Source: the human T2T-CHM13v2.0 reference genome, Homo sapiens | Assembly: GCF_009914755.1 (NCBI RefSeq) | Contig: NC_060945.1 | Strand: one strand, 5' to 3' | Length of the DNA stretch: 64,000 nt | Part shown: positions 47,721-64,000 of the stretch, one piece after another | How positions within the stretch are numbered: position 1 is the stretch's first letter | Layout: every line of letters begins with the position of its first letter | The notes under the pieces: model-generated | Told to the model about the DNA's origin: nothing | The model's database searches: none | The model's input: the letters and a program-made list of their open reading frames with translations, nothing else | Program-made: the position numbers and the translations under genes

Positions 47721-50700
47721 GGTGTGGGTCTAGGCTTTGTTGAGCCAGCTGTAATTTTTCAAATTTACTTTTTAACATACTCTGTTATAGGTTGTCCCTT
47801 CATTCCTTGGCCAAGTGCGGGACTTGCTGTTGCGTGTTTGCGCCCTGGTCTGGCGTGCTGTGCTCACCGTGGCGCCGAGCGTGGTCGTGTTCCCATGTCT
47901 CCAGTCTTGTGAGCTGTCTCACTGTGCCCCACGGCTGCCAGGCTTAGTCTAAGCTGTGTTTGATCATGACTTTCAGCTTTGTTTTCATGACCCCTGTGTT
48001 CCCATCGTGGCTCCATTGTCCTTGGTCATCTGTTGTTTCTTCTGCTTGTTTGTGACCCCACTGAGGCTAGGACCATGTCCTTCCTCCCTGTTGCCGTGCC
48101 TGGGCAGGAGGCGCCCCGTGACTCTCCGTGGAACGAGTGGGCCTCAGCCCTGTGGCCGCCACAGCTTTCACTTGTATTTTCTGGTTGTGTATTCATGAAT
48201 CCAGAAAGAACCTTTTCGTTCTTGACACACTTCTTCTGTCGTGAACTAATAGAAAATTCTGTGCGGCACTTCTTCCTGTATTTTGAGTCAAATAAAGCAA
48301 GATTTAGCAGCATAGAAAGTACATAGATTATTACACACTGTGACATTGTAGCCTAGACCTGAGGCACAGAGGTAGTTGTTGGTGATTTTAATGAGACAGG
48401 AACTGTAAGTCTGCACCTGGTTTTCCTCAGATTTCACCTCATGCACCCTTTCTCTGCTGACTTTGCTCCGCCTCCTTTCCCACGGGCTCCACACAGCCAG
48501 TGAGGACACACGTGAGGAGATTTCCACCGGGGAAGCCTCTGCCGGAGACTCTGTACCCAAGGTTTTCACCAGGCTGCGCCGTAGGCCCCCTCTGCCTGGC
48601 GTGCCTGAGAAGGACACTGTCCCTGGCCTGCTGTGCCAGCTCTTCTCCCCATAACACCTGGTTGTAATGTTCGATTTGATCACTCCTCCAGGAGTTGTCC
48701 GGTTCCTCCCTGGCGTGGGGCTGTTGTCCCCTTGCGATCAGTAATCTAACTCTGGGGAGCCACTGTGAGGCGATTTAAGTGTCCTGCCCCTCACCCAGTG
48801 GTGATTCTTTCCTGAGCCAGAGTCTTTACTAAGGGTGCTGACCTTTCCACCCATCTCCGTCAGCCCGTCCCCTATTCTGGGGAGCGCCTGCAAGGGCCTT
48901 CTGCTCAGGCAGTGGTTAGTCAGTCACCTTTACTGATGCTCAGGTTGTCCCAGATTTGGCCATCAAGAGTCACTTCAGACTGGCACCTGTGTTCTTTTGA
49001 GCACTTTCTAATCATTTGAGGCATACCAAGATGTTTTAGGTTCTGGGAGCTCGTTGCCCTTGTGCTGGAGTCAGCCGCGTCTCCATGGAGCCCTGGTTCC
49101 TCTGGCAGCAGGCGTGCTTGCTGCCATGGTGGCGTTGCTGCCTCTCCACCCTTTACGCAGACAGAGCTGATAGGGATGTGCCTTAGACATCAAGAACTGG
49201 GCCGGTCATGGTGGCTCACGCTTGTAATCCCAGCACTTTGGGAGGCCAAGGCGGGTGGGTCACAAGGTCAGGAGTTTGAGACCAGCCTGGCCAAGATGGT
49301 GAAACCCCGTCTCTACTAAAAATACAAAAATTAGCTGGGCGTGGTGGCACATGCCTGTAATCCCAGCTACTCGGTAGGCTGAGGCAGGAGAATTGCTTGA
49401 ACCTGGGAGTGGAGGTTGCAGTGAGCCGAGATCGTGCTACTGCACTCTAGTCTGGGAGACAGAGCAAGACTCTGTCTCAAAAGAAAAAAAAGAAATCACG
49501 AACTGATACTGATGCGTCCAATTTTATAACTTGGAGGGCTCTTTCTTGCCTCTCATTTATTTCTGCTCTCACCAACATCAACACATCTCTGTATTTGCTC
49601 AGTGCTACAACGTGCATAAGATAGTTTCAGAATTGGTACACCTGCGCCACAACTAGGAGCAGACCTACTGAGAACAGCTCCAAATTTGCAACTAAACTTT
49701 TCCTTTTGGACAGTATGTATCATAGTGTTTATTAACGTCTCCTTCAGCTTCATCCTTTTCAGGGTTTTTGTAGTTAGTCTTGCATGTTTAATTGAGGTAT
49801 TTTTGTTGTGATCAAACTAAGTTTATAAGTTCCCATATGCAGAACTAACATCTTGATCACGTTGAGACATACTCAAGAGCAAGGGCTGCCTTTCCTTTTG
49901 TGCAAGTCTGCTTCTGTGTTTTACACTTTATTTTATTAGAGATTTTTAAAAATTCTCTCTCTCTTTTTTTTTTTAAAGACAAGGTCTTATTCTGTCACTC
50001 AGGCCAGAGTGCAGTGGTGGGTTCTTGGGTCACTGCAACCTCAACCTCCCGGGCTCAAGTGATTGTCCTACCTCAGCCTCTTGATTGAGTTGAGACCACA
50101 GGCATGCGCCCAGCTAATTTTTTTGTATTTTCTGTAGAGATAGGGTTTTGCCATGTTGGACAGGCTGGTCTTGAATTCCTAGGTTCAAGGGATCCACCTG
50201 CCTCCACCTCCCAAAGTTCTGGGATTACAGGTGTGAGCCACGGTGCCTTACAGGGTCTCGCTCTGTCACCCAGGCTGGAGTGCTGGAGTGCAGTGGTGCG
50301 ATCTTGGTTCACTGCAACCTCCGCCCCTCTAGGCTGACGCCATCCTCCCACCTCAGCCTCCCAAGTAGCTGGGACCACGCCTGCCTTTTTTTTTTTTTTT
50401 TGGTGTTTTTAGTAGAGATGGGATCTTACCATGTTGCCCAGGCTGATCTCAAACTCCTGGCCCCAAGTGATCCTCCTGCCTCAGTCCCCTGAAGTGCTGG
50501 GACTACAGGTGTGAGCCACTGCGCCCGGCCGCCATAGTTCAATATTGAACTATATTTATTTGCATTGCTGGTATAAATCCCACTTAGTCATAGTATTATT
50601 TTCTTAATGTGGTATTAGAGTCTATCACTTGAATTTTATTTAGGAGTTTTTGCATCTATAATTCACAAGTGGTTGATCGGTAACTTTTGTTTTATGCTCT

Positions 50701-50956
50701 TTTTATGAGGTTTTGGTATTGATGTTCTACTTAATTCATTAAAATAATTTGGAAGTTTTTACTTACTTTCTGTTTCTGAAGTCATTTATGTAGCACTGGC
50801 GCTACCTGGTCTCTAAGGTTTGGTGGAATTTTGGGAAACTAGCTGGGCCAGGTACTTTTTTGTAACTCTTTGATGAAAATTGGTCTGTTTTCAGCCATTT
50901 GCTAATTTTGATAAAGTACATTTTCTTGGAAATTACGTATTTCGGTTAAGTTGTAA

Positions 50957-51267
<311 letters not shown>

Positions 51268-52780
51268 TGAGCCACCACGCCCAGCTTTTTTGACTTTTAA
51301 AATGTTTTGTCAGTAATTATTTTCCCATCATTATTTATTTATTATTATTATTATTTTTTGAGACGGACTCTCACTCTGTCACTCAGGCTGTAGTGTAGTG
51401 GCGCATTCTCGACTCACTGCAACCTCTGCCTCCCAGGTCCAAGTGATTCTTCTGCCTCAGACTCCCAGTAGCTGGGGTTACAGGCGCCTGCCACCATGCC
51501 CGGCTAATTTTTGTATTTTTAGTAGGGATGGGGTTTCACCATGTTGGCCAGGCTGGTCTCAAACTCCTGACATCAGGCGATCTCCCAAAGTGCTGGGATT
51601 ACAGGCATGAACCACGGCGCCCAGCCCCCATCATTATTTCTTATTTTGTATATTTGTGCTTTCTCTCTTTCTTCCTTGATTAAATTAGCTAGTTCGATTT
51701 TTTCCCTCCAGAGAACCAGGATTTTAATGTATTCATCTGATTTATCGTTAGTCTGTTTTCTACTCAAGTTTCTACTTTCATTTGTATTATTTTCTTCTTT
51801 TTGTTTTCTCATGGTTTACTTTGTTCATTTTTTAGTTTTCGGGCGTTTGAAATGCATTTATTTTCATTCTTAAATTTTTATTGATATAGGTCTTTAAAGT
51901 TAGGAATTTTTCTCTGGTTACTACTTTAAATATATCCCATTGTTTTATCATTATTTTTCAGAAATTCTCTATTTTTGATTTGTATTTCACCCTTTCATTA
52001 AATAGTTGTTTAACAGAAAGCTTTTTAGCTTACAGAAAAAAAAAGATTAAAAAAATTTTGTTTAGAAATTTCTAGCTTTATTGCATTGTGTTCAGAAAGT
52101 GTTTATATTTTTGCTTTATGAAACTTATTTTTAAAATTTTATGAATTTGACTGTTGTGTGACCTAATAAATGATCAGTTTTTTTGGACATTTCATGTGTG
52201 TTTGAGAATGTATTTTCTGTTTCCAGATTGTAATGTTAAATATCCACAAGACCTATCTTACTGCTTGTGTTGTTTAGGTCATTTATATTTTGAATTTTGT
52301 CCATTTGACCTATCTTTAACTGACAGTGGTATGGTAAAGTCTTCTGTTAGTGGTGTGTTTCTGTTTCTCTTGCATCTCCTGTAGTTTCTGTTTTGTATAG
52401 GTGGTTGATGTATTATTTGGTGCTTAGGTGTTTACAACTTACAGTTTTTATGGAGTGAAATATGTCATTTACAGAATGGCTTCTGGGCAGTGTATCTTGC
52501 TTAGGGAGGCCTTGTCTGTCTGAAGAGAACTGATTTTCTGTATTTTATTTTAATAATTTTGTAATTTATGTCTTATATTGGGACCCGTATAGCTTCAAAT
52601 TATTTATATATATTAGGAGCTCTGGGAGTTGAGGGTCTAATTTTACTGTCTGAATGCATAGCAAATTGGCCTAACACCATTTCATAATAGTGTGTCTTTT
52701 CTCCACTTACTGGGAATGTCACCTGTATTTTAAACCAACATCCTGTATGCACAATATTCTAGACACTTTGGTTCTATTGA

Positions 52781-53107
<327 letters not shown>

Positions 53108-54301
53108 TGAGCCACCGTGCCTGGCCTATTACACTTTTATAATATGTATCAATATCTTTCTTTTAAAATAAACCTTGTGGCCATCTACATTTTCCCTTCC
53201 ACATGTCGAGTGTCCAAATTTATTTTCTGAAGATGGCTGTAGCAGCATACCCATCCCACATGCTCCTCTCTATGTGACAGTGACTTTCCCTTGTTGAAAG
53301 GCTGGGCCTGTGTTTCCTCCAGTTGAATCTGGGTGGGCCTCTGACTGTGGCAGAAGCAACACTGTGATACTTGAGAGGAAGTCCTAAAAGATAACGTGCC
53401 TTCTGCTGGATTCTCTCGGGGTGCTTGTTCTTAGATTCCAGCCACCATGCTGTGGGGAAGCCAAGCAGCCCCGTGGGAAGGCCACTCGCAGGTGTTCAGC
53501 CTGCCCCAGCTGAGTCCCACTGTGTGTTTTAGCTCCCAGCCTCAACACGCCACTGACACCAGGTGGAGCAGAGACCTTGGTTCCCACCAAATCCTCTCTC
53601 AGTTGTAGATCCGTGAGCAAAAGAAAGTTTTACACCACTATAGCTTGGAGTGGCCTGTTACACAGCAGTAGATAACTGGAATATCAGTTGAAAAAGAGAA
53701 GGCTGGAGGCATTTTGATTGGGATTGCCTTGAATAAGTTGTTAATTCATTTGAGAAGAATTTTAATCATGAGTCTTCTTGAATCAGGGAATGTGGTATGT
53801 ATGTTTTTCCATTCTTTATGACTTTTTTCTGCCCTTATTTTTCGTAAAAGTTTTACATTTTTATTGTTAGCTTTAGCTTTTGTGGCCATTTTGAATGAGA
53901 CTTTTTTTCCTTAAAATTACATTCTAATAGCCTTTTTTTTTTCAAATCTTGATTATCGTCTATTTAAAAAAAGGAGTAAGTTGATAATATTGAGGATTTT
54001 AGATTTAAAGTAAAACTCTGTTATGTTGAATAGTTGCTTTAGGACTTATAGAGTACATCTGTAACAGCATAATTCTTCCTTCAAGTAATATGAATTATAT
54101 TACTTGATGCGTGATATAAGAACTTTGGATCATTGACTTCTGTTTTCTCCCTCCCAGCCTTTGTTATTGTTGTCATACATTTTCTATACTTGTTAAAACC
54201 CCATAGTACATTGTTACTATTTTTTGCCTTAAACAGTCTGTTATGCCTTGGAGAGATTAAAATAGAAAATCATGTCTTTTTTTTTTTTTTTTTTTTTTTG
54301 A

Positions 54302-54508
<207 letters not shown>

Positions 54509-54717
54509 TGACCGCAGGTGATCTGCCCACCTGGGCCTCCTAAAGTGCTGGGATTACAGGTGTGAGCCACTGCACATATTTACCCACCCAGTTTCCATTT
54601 CCATTGCTGCCTGTTCCTTTTCTTTAAAATCCCTCCGCCTCCCGGGTTCAAGCGATTCTCCTGCCTCAGCCTCCTGAGTAGCTGGGATTACAGGTGCACA
54701 CCACCACACCCAGCTCA

Positions 54718-54885
<168 letters not shown>

Positions 54886-55044
54886 TCATCTGGTCTGGAT
54901 TTCCTGCTGACCGAAGGATTTCTGTAACCTTGCTTGTAGTGTAGGTCTGTTACGGTAAGCTCTTTCAGCTTTTGTACATTGGGAAAGTCTATTTTGCCTT
55001 AATTTTTGAAAAATATTTTCACTCGTTAGGGAATTCTAGGTTGA

Positions 55045-55368
<324 letters not shown>

Positions 55369-55570
55369 TAACCGTGTTGGCCAGGCTAGTCTCGAGCTCC
55401 CGACCTTCTGATTCGCCCACCTCGGCCTCCCAAAGTGCTGGGATTACAGGCGTGAGCCACCGCACCGGGCCAAGATTTTTTTTCTTTATATTGGTTTTTA
55501 ACAGTTTGATTATGGTATGCTTTGGTGTAGATTTCTTAATATTTCTTGTACTTGGGGTTTGGGGGTTTAT

Positions 55571-56772
<1,202 letters not shown>

Positions 56773-57145
56773 TAGTTTTGATTTAATTTGGAACATTTTT
56801 ATTTTATTTTATTTTTGAGGCAGGGTGTTACTCTGTCACCCAGGCTGGAGTGCAGTGGCACCATCTTGTCTCACCACAACCTCTGCCTCCTGGGTTCAAG
56901 CGATTCTTGTGCCTCATCTTCATGTAGCTTGAAGTATAGGCGTGTGCCACCGTACCCGGCTAATTTTTGTATTTTTAGTAAAAATGGGGTTTCGCCATGT
57001 TGGCCAGGCTGGTCTCAAACTCCTGGCCTCAAGTGATCCCAAAGTGCTGGGATTACAGGCATGAGCCACTGCACATGGCCTGATGTAGAACATTTTTGGT
57101 CATTGTTTCCTCAGATTGTTTTTCTGTTGCACCCTCTCTGGGGGA

Positions 57146-57148
<3 letters not shown>

Positions 57149-57186
<38 letters not shown>

Positions 57187-57190
57187 CACG
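57149..57190. repeat. (TG)16 followed by CGCGCACACG, an alternating purine-pyrimidine tract
   Basis: Direct reading. Confidence 0.93.
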
Positions 57191-59359
57191 CTACATGAAG
57201 TTCCATAACTCACTGATAATCTGTTGATATTTTTTGTAGTCCTTTTTCCCTTTTTCTTGGTGTTTCATTTGTGTAATTGCTGCTGCTCTGTCTTCGTGTT
57301 AACCTTTTCTTCTGCAGTGTCTAATCGGCTCTCATTCCACTTAGCATATTTTCATTTTAGATTTGAGGTTTTCATCTCTAAAAGTTCCATATGGGTCTTT
57401 TTCTTAATTAAGTATCTTCCATGTGTCTTCTTCACTTCAGTCCACTACCTTCTTCAACATATGAAATAACTAAGTGACAGTAGTTACTGTAACTCTTTTA
57501 ATTGCTTTCTGTGTCATTACTGGGGCTATTTCTATTGATTGATTTTTCCTTTTGAGTATAGCTTTATGATTTGATAGGTCTGGAGCAGTGATCAGTCCAG
57601 GACAAATTATTCCTTACAGCCGAGGCAACACAGTCTTGAGTTCCTCTGGTTTTCCAGACTGGCCTATGGGGACAGCCCTGTTCCCTGCCCTGTGTGACTG
57701 CCAAGCATGGGTGCCTCTGATCGTGTCTGCGGGTTCTGTTCCAGCAATGGGTGGTTCCCGCATGTACTTACTCGTCAGTTCCCTGTGGAATACTCGAGGG
57801 CCCTGTGCCGGTCTACTTTACTCACCATGTCCCTCTCCTCTCCTAACACAGTCCTAGGAAGTCTAGCTGTCTTGATCTCCCTGGCCTGGGCTCTGTGTCC
57901 TCAACTCAGGGAGTCTGCCAGCTTCCCCTCTGTCACCCCCTGCCCTCCCCACCCTCTGGTGGGCACCCAGAGGGCTTGCTGGGCTTGTTTCCCATCTCTG
58001 AGTGTTGAGGGGAGGAATCATTGTCCTTTGTTCCTTGGTGTCCTGGTCTTGAAAACCACTGATTCATGTTTCTTGGTTTTTGGTGTTTTGTTTTGGTTTT
58101 TGTTTGTTTGTTTGTTGTTGTTTTTGAGACAGAGTCTTGCTCTATCACCCAGGCTGGAGTGTAGTAGTGAGATCTCAGCTCACTACAACCTCCACCTCCT
58201 GGGGTCAAGCAATTCTCCTGCCTCAGCCTGCTAAATAGCTGGGATTACAGGTGCACGCTACCATGCCCAGCTAATTTTTGCATTTTTCATAGAGACGGGG
58301 TTTCACCATGTTGGCCAAGCTGGTCTCGAACTCCTGACCTCAAGTGATCTGCCCACCTCAGCCTCCCAAAGTGCTGAGATTACAGGTGTGAGCCACCATG
58401 CCCACCCTGTGTTTTTTTTTTTTTTTTTTTTTGGTTGGTTCAGGCAGTGGTGTAAATCTAGTCCCTGTCACTTCATCTTGGCTAGAAGCAGTTCACTCAT
58501 TGATTTCTAGCTTTTGATGGAGTGTAATCTATTACTATCATAGTATTAATAATTAATATCATTGATGTGCAGATTGTTCTGAATTTGGCTTCTGTACTGA
58601 TGTACTGAGAATGTACTGATTCTTTGAGTACTCTCTGGGCTCATCCCCTCCTCTTGCTTCATCTCAGGGCTCAGCCCTGGCTCCTTCCAGTGGGAAACTG
58701 TATTTAGAAGTCAGGACCTGGAGCTAGGGGAGAGCTTTGCTGGTGAGCTCTCAGTGGGCATGGCTAGAGAACACGTGTGTACACCCACACGTGTACGTGC
58801 ACACATTTACATCTGTATTTCGTGTGTAGCTGCTTGTGTACGTACATACATACATGTACACACGAGCCCATTTCAGTCCAGCACTGCAAGGGTGATCCTG
58901 GTTTCCTCCCTTCTATGTTTGTAACTCCCTTCTCCACATGGAGGAGCCAGGCACTGGTTCTCCTCTGTGTTTCTGATGGGAGTAATCCCTCTGTGAATGA
59001 CCATCCTCCTGTCACTGCTGCTCTGCTCCCAGCAGGTGGATGCCCATTCCCACACTTGCCTGGCAGTGTGCCTGGCACAGACTTCCTCCTCACCTCACTT
59101 GATCTGCAATTAGGACAGGCTCGGGACTTAAATTGAATAAAAAGGCATCCCTGTCTGGGGGATGCCCTTTGTGCCCTGCTTGGCCCCTTATACCACTTAC
59201 ACCCTTATACCTCTGTGCCAGCCCCAAAATCCTTCATCATCTCACTTGGGGCCTCACATCTTGTTCTGTACTTCCCTCTACTGCCACCTGGACACCCTCC
59301 TCACTGCTGAGCTCTGGTACCTGGGGCGGCCTGCTGTGCTTGCCCACCTTGGGCCCTGA

Positions 59360-59721
<362 letters not shown>

Positions 59722-61893
59722 TAGAGACCCTTAGCTTCACTGGCTCTGCTGGTCCTCTTAAGAGTCACAGAGTCGTTTTTAACATGTCGTTTTGTTTGCT
59801 AGCTGGGATGAGTGATAGGCTGGATCTTGCCAACCGGTTTGCCCCAGGATTATGTGGAACTTCTCTGTACTCCCTCTGTCCTGCCTCATGCTCTGTGAGG
59901 TTTCTTCTGGAGAGTTCCTGCAAATTGACTGAGCAGAGCTGCTCTAATGTCCCCTTGGGATGTGGCAGCCCCTGCCCGGTGTGGACAACTTGGAGCCAGG
60001 ACTCCTTCTGGGGTGGGGGTGGGGAGGAGTCCAGCTAAAGGGCTCTTGGTGGCCTTGTAAGAGGTGGAGAGGCTTCCAGCAGCTCCTTGGATGGCTCACC
60101 TGTGACGTGTGGATGGGGTCAGCCGGGTGCTATGTGTATTTTCTTGGCAGTCACAGGCTCTGGGCCCTGTTGGCCTTTTGGTTTTGCTTCCAGGCATGGC
60201 GTGTTGGGGCTTCCAGCACAGAATGGTTCACCAGTGCTGTAAAATCTATGCTTCAAGTCCCAAGAACTGCCGTGCTGTGGAAAATGTGCACTAGATAATT
60301 AAGTTACTGTTGGGTATTTATTTGCAGGAAATTGAGTTTACCAGTTGGTTTTAATCTCAGTTTTCAAAGTAAAAGATCTTTTCAGATTGTATGATATTTG
60401 TAATTTAAATCAGGACATAGCAGTTTTTAAAATCAGGATACAAATGAGAAGTACTGCCTTTTGGAACTTTCTATTTAGTTAGTTAAACCAAAAGAGAGGC
60501 TGGGTACAGAATTTAGGATTTAATATTTTTTTTTTGGAGACGCAGTCTCGCTCTGTCGCCCAGGCTGGAGTGCAGTGGTGCGATCTTGACTCACTACAAC
60601 CTCCGCCTCCCAGTTCAAGCAATTCCCCTGCCTCAGCCTCCTGAGTAGCTGGGACTACAGGTGCACACCGCCATGCCCGGCTAATCTTTCCATTTTTAGT
60701 AGAGATGGGGTTTCACCATGTTGCCCAAGCTGGTCTTGAACTCCTGAGCTCAGGCAATCCACCCACCTTAGCCTCCCAAAGTGCTAGGATTACAGGTGTG
60801 AGCCACTGTGCCTGGCCAGGATTTAAGATTTAACTCACTCGTGGATACTCTGATTGGCTTCTCTCTGCCTGAGTGTTACTCAAGAGTGACTTGAAAGTCC
60901 GGAGGAATTAGGGCAGGACAGTGAGGAACTAGCAAAAGAGGAGAAAGCACTGATTTAGATGGTAGCTGTGAGTTACTGTGTCCAGATATTGTCAGTGCCT
61001 AACTTGGAAATGAATTAAGTATCTTGGTTTTAGATTTTCTAAATCTAAAGGGAGTTGGACTCTTCTGAGTGGATTTATGGAATAGAAGCGCAGTTATAAG
61101 TGATAACAGGCAAAGTGTCTGTTTTCCTGGTTCTTTATGGAAGAGAACCAAGCTGAAGGCCTTGGCATGTATGTAGAAAGGGCCCTTTCTCTGGCAGGCT
61201 CATGCTTGGGCCTCTGCGTGAGAAGCAGGATTGATTTCTGGGATGGCACGGCTCCCTGCTGCCTGTCGGGAAGTAGAGCAGCCTTGCGGAAGCTGCAGGT
61301 CGCCTTCTTTCTGAGGTCTCACAGCTGTAGCTGCTTGCCTCTGACACGGCCTTCGCAGACTTGCGGTTGGGGTGGTTCCCAGGGGTACAGAGCTCAGAGG
61401 CTGTGGTAGAAGCTGCTGGGAAGCTTGCCTGGGGTTCCTGTGGGCAGTCTGGGCTGTGCCATGACAGCCAGCTTGCCTCCTGAGATGAAGGCACGGCACA
61501 CAGCAGGATGGCAGTCATGTAGTGCTTGGGCCCAGAGCTGTTGGCCATAGTGGGCCTGGGTTTTAAAGCCCTGACTTGCCTAACAGACAGTATTGCTGTG
61601 GGCAGCTCACTCAACCCTCTGACTCTCAGTCTCTTTATCTGGATCACTGGGACGCTCACATCCCTTGGGGTTGTGAGAACTGGGGATCATGCATGCCTGT
61701 GTGCGGCACTGAGACCCACAGAGCACGCCCGCAGGCTTGCTAGGCCGCTGGGCTTTTTATTCAATTTAAGTCCCGAGCCTGTCCTGATGCTTTAAAACAT
61801 TGCGGCCTTTGCAGGCTGTTATTAGGCACATTTTGCTGTATAAACTAAAGGGCATTAGTTAACCTGCTTTCACAGTGACTTGTTTGTTTTTAG

Positions 61894-62090
61894 GATACCG
61901 AAGTGTATAAAGCTACAGTAAAAGATGACCTCACCAAGTGGCAGAATGTTCTGAAGGCTCATAGCTCTGTGGACTGGTTAATAGTGATAGTTGAAAATGA
62001 TGCCAAGAAAAAAAACAAAACCAACATCCTTCCCCGAACCTCTATTGTGGACAAAATAAGAAATGATTTTTGTAATAAACAGAGTGACAG
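61894..62090 (+). CDS. TRAPPC10: TRAPPC10 exon 4 (gene continues beyond the window)
   Basis: Acceptor ttgtttttAG, 197 nt, donor GTAAGT at 62091. Phase 0 start matches exon 3: DTEVYKATVKDDLTKWQNVLKAHSSVDWLIVIVENDAKKKNKTNILPRTSIVDKIRNDFCNKQSD(R). Confidence 0.96.
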
Positions 62091-64000
62091 GTAAGTGTAT
62101 CTTTAATTTTACCTCATTTGGTTAATACTTGACATGATACAGATTGCTGGCTTCCTGGGTAGTAATAAATATTTACTCAGCAATCTCGAGTGAGTGTCCA
62201 TGGGGTGCTGTCAAGGAGACCTGGTGCCTGTCCTTGTGGAGTTCCTGTTTAGGCAGGCAAAGAACTCGAAGCAGTCATCCCCCGAGTGTGCTGCCTGGGA
62301 GGAGCGGGTCTTGGGCCCATAGTCCTGGGAGGCCTCTTGGTGGGTCCTTTCTGAAGACTGACAGCAGCAGCTCCTGCAGTTCTTCTGTAGAACGGGTCCT
62401 TAAAGGTTTTTGTTTTTTTTTTGAAATGACGGCACCTGTGTTTTTTTCTTTACCTTAACACCTGAGAGTTCCTAAGAACACAAGTTATAAAATGCTGACC
62501 TAACCCCTTCAGAAACTGTGAAAGGGAATCCTGAAACTTTGGCAGTTAATAGATTGTATGGGCTTTCTCCGCCTTGCCCTGCTCTCTCTCCTGGGGTAGC
62601 TCACTCCCTTTCTCTTCAGTGATGCCATTGCCAGCTGAGCCAGCCAGCACGTTAACTCCTCTATAACCGATGGTCTGTATCTCGTAGCTTAGCACTGGAA
62701 CTCACCCAAGGCCTGGGGATTCAGGGGCGAACATGGACCCTGCCCTGGTCCAGCAGGTCATTATAGCCATGGTCACCATGCTTATGGTGGCGAGGGTTCA
62801 GATGGAGGTACATGCTCATTGTAGAATTATTAGAAAAAGGTAATGAGCAAAAAGAAAATGGATATTAACTCTTAGTATTTTGGTATGTATGTTCTGAGAC
62901 TTTTTTTCTTTATGCATACATAATACGTGTGTGTATTTTAAGTTAATATAACGTTATGTGTTGTTTATACTTGTTTTTTTCACTCAATATATTGTAAAGA
63001 TTTTCCACAAACAATAAATGCATTTCCAGACTCTCAGTGTTAGTGAGTGGATAATATTCCATAGTATTAATGTGCCGTAAGTTATTTATACATTCTGCTG
63101 CTGGGCTTAGGTTATTGCTTACTTATCGTTATAAACAACAATATTAGAATACTTTTCTAGCTCAAATGTTGTGAGCATCCTTAATTATTTCAGGATACCT
63201 TCCCTAAAGGAAAATTGCTTGGTAACAGATTTTGTGCATTTTTTGGGCTTTTGCTAGTTACGAGGCTGGTAGAGGCAAGGGTTGACTTGTGATCAGCAGT
63301 GTGACTTGTGACAGCAGTAGCCGTTGTGGTGTCTCGCTGAGGCTGCAGCCGGGAGCCCCTTGTTCCACATGTGCCTCCAGCCCCTGCAGTCTGCGCGCCT
63401 GGGGGGATCACGCCGCTCTCCAGATTGGCCCACCATCCCTGACTTCATTCGTTGTTTTGGGCTCTCCTTTTCTGAGTTAATGATTTAGGCTTGATGTGAA
63501 CTTCTGAAGTGTAGTTCTTTTTTACTTAAAAAAAATTGATGATGATATAGAAACAGGATCTAATAGAGATAGGACATTTCATGACTGTGTATCTGATTGA
63601 CCTCTGAAAACAGTTACTGTTTTGGTGGTTGGCACTTGTTAAGTTTCCATTTCCATTCACCCCTGTAGGCGCACAGGAGAATTCGCGTCTGGTCGGGAAT
63701 AAATGTTGGTAATTATAATCCTTGAGAATGCCTTAAGGATAAACTACCTAACTCATAGGTTCTAGCAAGCTCCTACTGTGGATAAATACAAGTTAGTCCT
63801 CTGGGGGACCTTTGGAGTGAGCGGCTCTGGTCCCTTTGTCTTTGAGGGAAGAAAGTGTGCAGTGGGGTGGATTGAATGGAATTAAAGCCAGCCACCAAGT
63901 TATAAGTTTTCTTCTTGGTTCTGGTTGTTCACATGGTGGAACATGTAGAGTGTATGCTGCTTCACTGTTTTGTCCACTGATTTATAATTCCATGAATTTA

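Noticed and set aside
48291-48296. AATAAA about 750 nt downstream of exon 3 as an intronic poly(A) site
   Set aside because: The hexamer is common in these introns and there is no clear GU/U-rich downstream element.

Overview
Primate (almost certainly human, 21q22.3) genomic DNA. It holds about 21 kb of repeat-rich intergenic sequence followed by the CpG-island promoter and coding exons 1-4 of TRAPPC10 (TMEM1) on the + strand. The exons are 22118-22184, 41705-41786, 47407-47542 and 61894-62090, and they splice in frame to MDASEEPLPPVIYTMENKPIVTCAGDQNLF...KQSDR. Other contents are about 55 Alu elements or fragments, old L1/L2/MIR pieces, MaLR/ERV solo LTRs and hAT DNA transposons. There is also a full-length H2A.Z processed pseudogene in intron 3 (antisense, split by an Alu) and a U6 snRNA retrocopy split by an LTR3-like solo LTR. 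Nearly all ORF-track entries are spurious Alu, L1 or microsatellite frames. I see no prokaryote-type or wholly new gene system. The best leads are regulatory or structural: (1) a 65-bp tandem repeat that triplicates the exon 3 splice donor; (2) an in-frame uORF overlapping a G-quadruplex motif in the 5' UTR; (3) a four-level nested insertion (L1 > U6 > LTR > 38-bp templated copy of DNA about 2 kb away) with a fold-back hairpin at a nearby L1 junction; (4) candidate cryptic acceptors and a candidate poison or terminal mini-exon. Repeat subfamily names are from memory of consensus sequences and repeat boundaries are approximate.
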